The translations under genes were made by a program, and so were the position numbers. DNA of 63,235 bases, filler included, from Vannella sp. (lineage: Eukaryota), in NCBI GenBank assembly GCA_023345925.1. It is 7 parts of 7 records of this genome, joined end to end, with 100 filler letters (N's around TTAATTAATTAA, not from the genome) between each part and the next. Parts side by side here need not be neighbours in the genome. Positions count along the whole stretch, not along the records: positions 50,325 to 59,064 come from JAJQQN010000299.1; positions 59,165 to 63,235 come from JAJQQN010000017.1; 5 more parts are not named here. One strand, given 5' to 3'. Shown in pieces: positions 55,101 to 63,235 of this stretch. How positions within the stretch are numbered: the stretch's first letter is position 1; each line of letters starts with the position of its first letter. The notes beneath the pieces are model-generated. The model was not told the origin of the DNA. It saw only the letters and a program-made list of their open reading frames with translations, and made no database searches.

Positions 55101-58100
55101 GCTGCAAGAAAAGCTCCAGGGCAAACCCTTCAAATCATTACTGGACCTTCCTCGAACTGATGATGTGCAGCTCTGTCTCATCCAGCGTATTATCATTCCT
55201 ATTCAACCAGCCCTTGTCTTATGTGGTGAATGGGGCATTTACGGAACCCTCCCAATCTTCTGTACCATCATGAACATTGAGAAAGGTCTCTCAGCCTCAT
55301 CCGGTTGCATCTTTGGGATTTTAGCAGTGGCTCTTCAAGCTTTCATTGGCCCTAGCGCTCAAATTGCAGAGCTTGGTCAAGTATCTTGGAATCTTGCACT
55401 CAAGCATGGGAACCCCCTGTTTATTGTCAACGCAGCAGTGTCACATTTAGTGGTTGCCATTTTTGACAACTCGCTATCATTCTCCAACTTAGAAGAGATC
55501 TTTGAAGAAGGACAAAGAGCAGGCTTAACCAGTCATGCAGTTAATCGAGTGGTAGATCTAGAAGTACTGATGATTTGGTGCAAAGTGTTTGTTTGCTCTT
55601 CTATTGAAAGCATAATGTCTTCTTCCCTGCGGGTTCTGAGTATTTTAGCCGACAACAAAAACAAGGAGTACTTTGCGTTTGTTCTTGGACCTCACGCATT
55701 CGCTCATCTTTTACTGCACAACGTAGAACCTACTCACCCACCCGAGCTGACTATTGATGTTTCTTTGGCGCATCCAGACATGCAAGCAGTTTACTGGCTT
55801 TTCCTTCTCCAGGCTTATTACATTATGGGAGTTGATAACGAAGGCCAGAGTGTGCTAGAAAAGCTAGAAAAGCTCCACGATTTTCTTCCTGGAATTGTGG
55901 TTTCCTATGAATATGCATTTTGGGCGTCTTTGATGAAGGCTCGCCTTGCGGTAACAGAAGCAGAAGTTGAAGATTGTTTACTCTACATAACCGCAATGTG
56001 TAAAGACTTTTCTCAATATGCACAAGTCTGCTCACGTAATTTTGAGCACAGAAAATGCCTTCTTCAAGCTGAGCTTCTGCGGATAAGAAGAGTTAGTTCT
56101 GCTGAAGTAATGCTTCAATATGAACGTGCCATATCCGAGGCTGATGAATCTGAATTTTATCTGATCGCTGCAGTCGCCTCAGAGCGGCTTTCTTCCTATT
56201 GTTGCGAGCTGAACCTATTTATGGCGCAGAAGATGTATTTCCAAACATGTTATAATTACTATTCAATCCTTGGTGCTCAGGCAAAATGCGTTCTGATGGA
56301 GAGGGAGATCCAGTCCACTGCATTAGTTCAATCTACTGGACTGCCCCAAGGACAACGAAGTTCGAGTGATGGAAACACAAATTTGAACAATGCGGCCGTC
56401 CTCGAACGGGTAACAAAGCTTATGAAAAGCGAAGGCAGTATTAGACAAATTCTCGAAGCCATCAGTATTGTACGACTCCCCGCCCTTCCTTCATAGAGCA
56501 CTGACAATTTGGTAGATAATTCTTCAGCACTCTGGCGCAAATAAGGGATTCCTATTCTTTGCAGTTGGTGGAGCGCTTTTTCTTTTAGCGCATTGGGGAG
56601 ATGGTCCTCTCAAAGTCTACCCCTTGCCTGCTCAACACAAGCAGCTGAATGTAGAAGAAAGTGAATTGGTCTTCCTTTCTCCTCAGCGGTACGAAGGGGA
56701 AGAGCAGAATCCTGCTGAATTAGTTTGCGATATGATTCCCTACGGCATTGTCCATCAGGTATACACTTCAGGCATTCCAATCACAGTGAATGATGATTCG
56801 GATCTACCAACCAACATCACTGACTCTAAAATCAAGAGTTTGTGCTGCTTGCCGATGAGGAACCAAGGCAAAAATTTGGGAGTACTCTACTTGGAGAACA
56901 CACAAACCAAATACGCGTTCCCTTTACAGCAGCAAATCATGTTGGAGCACCTTGCAGGACAAATTGCCAACTCCATCGAGCGTACACACCTGAATATAAA
57001 TCTCCAGGCCACCCTTGAGACCATTCAAAAACGGAACGAGCGCTTAGCCAATCTGGATAACGTGAAGGACGAGTTTGTAAGAACTACCTCCCATGAATTT
57101 CGGACTCCCTTGAATGCTATTCTTGGACTAACAGATACCCTCCGTGAGACCAAGCTGACCATGAACCAGCTCCAATTCTGTGATTCAATCTATTCTTCTT
57201 CAGAATTGCTTCTTATGGTCATTAATGATATTCTCGATTTTCAAGCGTGTCAAAAGAATGAGTTGTTGCTCACTGAGTCCAGATTTGAACTGCGAACGTG
57301 CCTTGACGAATGTACTCGCATTGCTTCAACAAACCGCTCCTCGAAAGTTGTGCTCAATCTTCTTGTAGATCAGGTAATCACAAATGATATGCATATTGAG
57401 TGCGACCGAAAGAGGCTGCAGCAAGTCATCTCAAACCTCCTCTCTAACGCGCTAAAATTCACAGACGTTGGGGATGTTGTGGTCTCTGCCAAAGTGACTG
57501 AGCAGCACAGTGAACTGATGACTGTCCTATTTCAAGTTAGAGATAGTGGTATAGGAATCCCTAAAGAGAAGATGAAGGACCTTTTTAAGCCCTACTCACA
57601 AATCCACACAAAAGCAGAACGCGAGTTCACTGGTGCTGGTTTGGGCCTAGCTTTATCACAACACATTGTAAAGGCTCTCAGCAATGATCAATCAAAGTTA
57701 TCCTGCCAATCTGTTCAGGGAAAAGGCTCCTGCTTTTCATTCTCACTCCAGATGAGATACTCTCACATTGTTAGTTCGAAGCCCTTCCAGACCACTCGCT
57801 ACATCTTGAGAGAAACAGTTCTACTAGTAACGTCTCCCAACAAACGCACCATTCGCGCTATCCAAGATGAACTAGGACTTGCTGAGTTCTCAGCCATAGA
57901 AGTGGTGCAATCGCTGGGACTGGCAATCAACGTTGCAAAGGCCAATTTATGCCAACTACCTCCACGCAAACAAATTGTTATATTCGATACGAACGTCATG
58001 CAGCTTTCGGAAGTGGGAACTGCTCTGGCTAGATACCAATCAGATCTGCAACTCAATCATATTTCCTTGATTGTTGTAGGTGCTTATGACCGACGCAGTC

Positions 58101-58702
58101 AGCTTCTAGCATGTATTGAAGAGTTCCCTCATAATCAGTCGATGGTACTTTGTTGCCGTCCTTTCCCAAAGCACTCTCTACTCTCAGCTGTTGGACGAGT
58201 GATTGAAAATGTCATGTCAAGCGATATTCTTCCTCCAGTGGAGGTGCCAACTGAAAGAGATCCGCGGACAGTGCGTATCCTAATGGTTGAGGATAATAAG
58301 GTGAATCAAAGGGTCCAACTTCGACTTCTCAGTCTCCTTGGATTCAATACAGACGTGGCCTCTAACGGCAAAGAAGGACTTACCACCTTCATAACAAATA
58401 TTGACAAAGAAGGTGTTGACCTTGTACTGATGGACTGCCACATGCCTGTCATGGACGGCTTCGAGTCAACAAAAGCCATTCGCGAGTATGAAAAGAGAAA
58501 CAATCTTCCCCACACTCATATCGTCGCTCTCACTGCTGGAGAGCATAACATCAAACCCGAAACAGGAATGTGTGGTATCATCCAGAAGCCCATCAAACGC
58601 GAGTCCTTTGAGCTCCAATTAGCGCAGTACTTGTTCCACAAAGAGTGCCAAACCGTCACCTACGAAAGAGAACTCCTTTTTGAATTGTTATATAAACGAT
58701 AA
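52174..58702 (+). CDS. Hybrid histidine kinase: S/T-kinase-like + AAA/STAND ATPase + helical repeats + GAF + HisKA + HATPase + receiver
   Basis: YMSPEQTG, GLSGSGKT, FLDDIQWA, GNPFF, GVLYLEN, SHEFRTPLN, NLLSNALKFT, DSGIGI, GAGLGL, LMDCHMPVMDG; three short introns (~53361, ~53487, ~56469). Confidence 0.95.
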
Positions 58703-58989
58703 GGAGTTCCAGATCATCATGACGTCCCGCCAATGCTTGTGATGAGCTGTTGATACGACCATACTCTCGCACAAGATGAAACAGGCGGTGTGTGGACTAA
58801 TGGAGATCTGAATTCAGTTAATGGAGATGGAGCGGGGAGGTTCCCCATTGCGGATGGAGAAATGGAGAAATAGAAAATTACGTAATAATGCCCAGTTTAT
58901 TGCAATGCATCAGAAGTACTCCATTAAGGGTAGAATAAATCGCTATAAATGGAATGTTTAATATGAAAAAATGTTCCAAATATGTTTTA

Positions 58990-59041
58990 TTCAAGAAAAA
59001 ACCGACGTGCAAACAAACTTGCACGTCGGTTTTTTCTTGAA
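58990..59041. repeat. Perfect 23-bp hairpin (terminator-like shape)
   Basis: ttcaagaaaaaaccgacgtgcaa-acaaac-ttgcacgtcggttttttcttgaa. Confidence 0.9.
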
Positions 59042-59064
59042 CCGGAGTTAAGAAAGGTACTTTT

Positions 59065-59164
59065 NNNNNNNNNNNNNNNNNNNNNNNNNNNNNNNNNNNN
59101 NNNNNNNNTTAATTAATTAANNNNNNNNNNNNNNNNNNNNNNNNNNNNNNNNNNNNNNNNNNNN
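59065..59164. other. Artificial contig linker
   Basis: 44N-TTAATTAATTAA-44N. Confidence 0.97.
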
Positions 59165-59673
59165 CCTTCTCAAGGAGAAGGGACAGAGAGAATGATTTCC
59201 TGCATAGAAAGTGAGTATAAATAGACAAACCTCCACGTGGACTTATCTTATTGGAAGAATGTTTATCAAACCTTCGATGGAAGAAATGAAAAGGACGAGA
59301 GAATTCCACTAAGTCGAAGGAATTCTCGACATCATCCCTTCCTTTGAAGTGAGAAGGTTTGCGAAACGGCATGGTAAGTCAAAATGGGGAATAGAAAGGA
59401 TTTTCAAAAGATACGAAATAAATCAGGAAGAGTCCTCTTTATTCGACATACAGCCACCCCGGAATCCTTACGGCATTTAATAACTTAGCCACAACCATCC
59501 CTGATCCGGCCTGCGCAAGGAGGATAAAAATCTTATCTAAAGAAGCTCATTCGGGGATCGTTCAGAAAAAAGGAAGAAAGCTCAGTGACCAATCAAAAAA
59601 GAAGGGCGTCCTCGCGTACTTGCGGGTCAATTATTACGCGACTTGTGTTGAAAGAACGAGAAATTGGAAGAAT

Positions 59674-61016
59674 ATGACCCGCGAGTTCGAGTTGTGGGGA
59701 CATATTCTGTCTTACTCGGGTGTCATGGGTGATTGTAACTGGTACATGGTTGTTCGTAAGCGAGTCTCGAGGAGGGGAGCAACTCGTTTCTGACAGTGTG
59801 ACAGTCCGACGAGGTACCGACCTTGCTATCAAGGACATTACTGGTGAGGATCTCCTTCCTTTGGCGTATTCAAGTTTTAAACCTTCTCAGGTTCCAGTGA
59901 CCCCTATTGTGTGGTGACCGTTGATGGCAAGGACAAGAAGAAGACCCTTGTCATCGAGAAAAACTTGAACCCCTGGTGGAGCCAAGCTTTCTTCTAGTAC
60001 CACCATCCCTTGCCCCTTTGCCAATACTGATTCTTGCATTCAGCTTCGCTTCTCCAACCTCCGTCCTGAAAGTGGAATGCTGGGACAAGGACCTCCTGAC
60101 AGACGGTTCGTTCGCTCTTTCCTGGTGGCTGGAGCTCATCCGCTGAGCAGACTTCATGGGACAGCTCTCTGTTGAGTTTGCTCCCTACAGCGATGGACAA
60201 CAATGGGAGGTTCAAGCCCCTTTGCAGTCCCGGCCCGGCAAGTCCGACGAGATCCAAGGCTCCATCACTTTGGGCATCAGGAAGCTGTTCAAGAACTGGC
60301 AAGAGCCGCCCTCCCGCGCGGATCCAAAAGCAAAAAGCGATGGGACACAGTTCTATGCTGTCTATCAATGCCAGCTTTGTGTCGATCCTGTGACTGCTTC
60401 TGAAAAGGTTTGGCCTTGCCAACAATGCTTCTCTGTGTTCCATCTTACCTGCGCTACCAAAGCGGCGAAGGTAGTGGACAAGAAAGGCGCTTCGTGGAAC
60501 TGTCCTTGGTGTGCCTCCACGGTCGTAGGATTGCCGCAAGCGAGCTGCTATTGTGGCAAATCTTCGAAGAAGGCTGGTTTGCTCACCAAAGGTGCGAGCC
60601 TGCTTTCTGGGCGTGGACTCCACTCTTGTGGCAAGACATGCGAACGCGCTTGTCCTCTCCCAGGATGCGAGTCCACCCCTCATGCCTGTGAACAGGCCTG
60701 CCACTTTGGCCCTTGTGGCAACTTGGGCGAGTACCTTCCTTGCCATTGTGGAAGGGAGAAGAAACGCTTGGAGTGCGGTGTGTCCCCCATCGGCTCAACT
60801 GAAGCTTTTGTATGCGGTACTGTCGATTGCGGGAAGAAGGTCGAGGGATGCGTGAAGCCGGCTTGCTTACTTAGCATGTGCATTCTCAAGTGCGAAGAGC
60901 ATGTGGACAATCCCTGCCGTTGCGTTTGCAGCTTGTCCAAGGAAGAAAAGAAGGAACGCCAAGAGCGGAGTCATAAGGAGTCGAAAGAACTGCTCAAGAG
61001 TCTTGGCATCAAATGA
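59674..61016 (+). CDS. C2 domain + NF-X1-type RING/PHD and zinc-finger protein, multi-exon
   Basis: C2: DPYCVV...KTLVIEKNLNPWW, VECWDKDLLTD|DFMG; then CQLC..VWPCQQCFSVFHLTC..WNCPWC, CYCGK, HSCG..C, C...CH.GPC. Confidence 0.82.
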
Positions 61017-61191
61017 TTCACTGTAAGCTCTTCTCCAGTCCTTCTGAACTAAAGCCACCTTTGCACCATGAGGCCAGAGCTCAAGGGGTTACTTGGTCGA
61101 GGGGATGTGGACTCTAGCATCGATGGAAGAGGGCAGGAAAGGGGAGTTCCTCAAAGAAGGAGAGTTCCTCGAAAAGCCATTTCCTGGAGGG

Positions 61192-63040
61192 ATGATGCGC
61201 TCGGCGGGTGTTCGGACGGTGAGCAGAGTGGCTCGGCTTGGCAGACAGCATTGGAAGGCTTCTGTGATTGCTCGTCCAGCGGAAGGACAGAACTGGCACT
61301 TGTATGGCGCCGCTGGAGCGGTCTTGGCTCTGGTAAGTCCTCTTCCAGACTTTGTGTTCGAGGTGCTGAGGGGTTGGATCAGGGATTGTCTTGGAAGCTT
61401 CGAGAGCATGTTAATGCACGAAGTGACCCTGTGTTGGAGAGCTTCCCCTATGTTCTTGTTGGAACAGGACCTGCTGTACTTGCGGCAGCGGCAAAGATCC
61501 GCGAGGTGGACCCCACAGGAGAGATCTTGATCTTAGGGGAGCAGCGTTCCGTGCCCTACACACGACAGGATCTTGCCAAGTACCTCTTGGGCAAGGAGAG
61601 TGAGATCAGCTCGTAAGGGGATCCAGAAACAGCCTTTCTTCCTCGTTCTCAACCGGGGCGTGGAATAGGCTCGATACCCAAGGAGAGGAATGGTTTAAAG
61701 ACAACAACATCAAGTTCTACCGTGATGTGGTGGTCTACGTAAGATCAGAGAGGGTGTGGTGAAGGAGAGTGCTCTGACAAAGTCCTTTAGAACGTTGATG
61801 CGACCCATCAGATGATCCACACCAACGACAATCGTGTGATCTCTTACAAGAAGTGTCTGCTTGCAACTGGATCTCGTGCGAAGCTGCCTGAGTTCGAGAT
61901 CGAGGACAACGCTCCTGTCACCTCCTTCCACACTGTACGGGTGACCTATTTAGCATCTCTTTCCCGACCATACTTACCATTCACTAGCTTGAAGACGTCA
62001 AGCGCTTGCGCGAAGTCATCCTATCCGGTGACAAGCAGATTGCAGTCATTGGAGGAGGAAGTTGGGCCTGTACCGTGTCGAACATTGTCGCCACCCAGTG
62101 TAGGACAGTTTCTCTTCAAAGGGTTGGTTCTCATAGCTTGTTCTAGTCAAGGGAGAGAACGTGCAGGTCGTTCAGGTCGTCCCAGGCGACGGCATTCTCC
62201 CCGAGATTCTCCCGCCTTACCTCAGCCAGTACGCGCTCAAGAAGCATCAAGACCGCAAGGGACTCACTGTTCTGACTGGATCGGATGTGACCCGTATCAC
62301 AGCCAATGAAGCGGGCAACAAAGCCACTGTGGAGCTGGAAGACGGCAATAAGGTGGAGGTTGATCACGTTGTGATCATTCCTACTCTTGTCCCGAACATC
62401 ACCTTCTCAGGACCACTTGAGGCTGATGCTACCGGACTTATAGCCAACCGAGAGCTCCAAATCGCCACCAACCTCTTTACTGTGAGCAGAAAGACCCCCT
62501 CCTTTCGTCCACTCTCACACTTTCATGTAGGCAGGGGAGTCTGCTAGCCACTACGATCCAGGATACGGCCGTCGCACTCTCTGGGGAGAGAATAATGAGA
62601 TCCTATCTGGTGGAGCGGCTGGGGATAACATGTCCAAGGAGCGCCCGACCCCGTATGAGATGGACATCGTCGAAGAGTGTGTATAACTCTCTCCTTTTGC
62701 TTCCAATATCATATCTCATGGCTATCTCAGGTACAAAGTAGCCGGAAATACCTTCAATGTGGTAGGACGGTGCGATTCAAAGCTGAGGACAGTCTCTGTG
62801 TGGATGCGTCCTTTTGAACACTATTCTGACGAAGCGTTCACCTCAGAGGAGTACCGAAAAGGCATAGTGTACTATCTTGCTGCAGATGAGCGCGTTTCTG
62901 GTGTCTTGCTCTGGAACATGCCCGACAAAGACAGCCAGAAGGAGGACCGTGCCATCCACATCATCAAAAGCCGTCGTCACTTCAGCGGTGACTCCCCCAT
63001 CAGTGCCATTGCAGTATCTGACCATGACTACCTCGATTAA
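61192..63040 (+). CDS. Divergent AIF-like mitochondrial flavoprotein, multi-exon
   Basis: PYVLVGTG...IRE.DP...IL...PY.R..L.K; YKKCLLATG; YRKGIVYYL..VSGVLLWN; Arg-rich leader plus TM. Confidence 0.85.
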
Positions 63041-63235
63041 CACCCTTTCCCTTCCCTTTCGGAGGAACTAAATACTCACTATTGTCATCCAACGATTCTC
63101 ATAGGGCAGATTGCCATGACAAAGCGAATGGAAGGATGTTCGTCTGGAAGCTTCAAGAAGTTCAAAGCAAAAAGACACAATTCGTATTATGTCTATATCT
63201 TCTGAATAGACCAAAGGCCAAGTTCTCTCAAAGAC

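Noticed and set aside
59165..59600. AT-rich stretch with an HNHP peptide (FAR1/MULE-like)
   Set aside because: Multiple stops; a four-residue match is insufficient.

Overview
Gene-dense eukaryotic DNA with ~43-60 nt GT-AG introns and very short intergenic spacers. The gene content suggests a heterotrophic protist, possibly an amoebozoan (inference). The window is seven contigs joined by artificial 100-nt linkers (44N-TTAATTAATTAA-44N), so adjacency across a linker is meaningless. About 30 genes are supported: housekeeping genes (histone H3, RPL3, SF3A3, PMS2, NAXD, VPS13, bL36m, ASCC2, DCAF4-like), signalling genes (RhoGEF, Kelch-TKL kinase, myotubularin, hybrid histidine kinase, bZIP) and several genes with bacterial-type domains. 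Best leads: (1) a Crinkler-like Ubl + STAND/AAA+ ATPase + PD-(D/E)xK nuclease gene with a recently rearranged 5' end; (2) a VPS13 whose spliced C-terminus carries a dileucine signal and a CaaX box; (3) intronless bacterial-type genes (secreted M15 peptidoglycan hydrolase, TruD); (4) unusual fusions and likely pseudoenzymes; (5) a MULE relic, a MITE-like palindrome and recurrent upstream motifs. All family calls come from motif recognition by eye; no database search was run.
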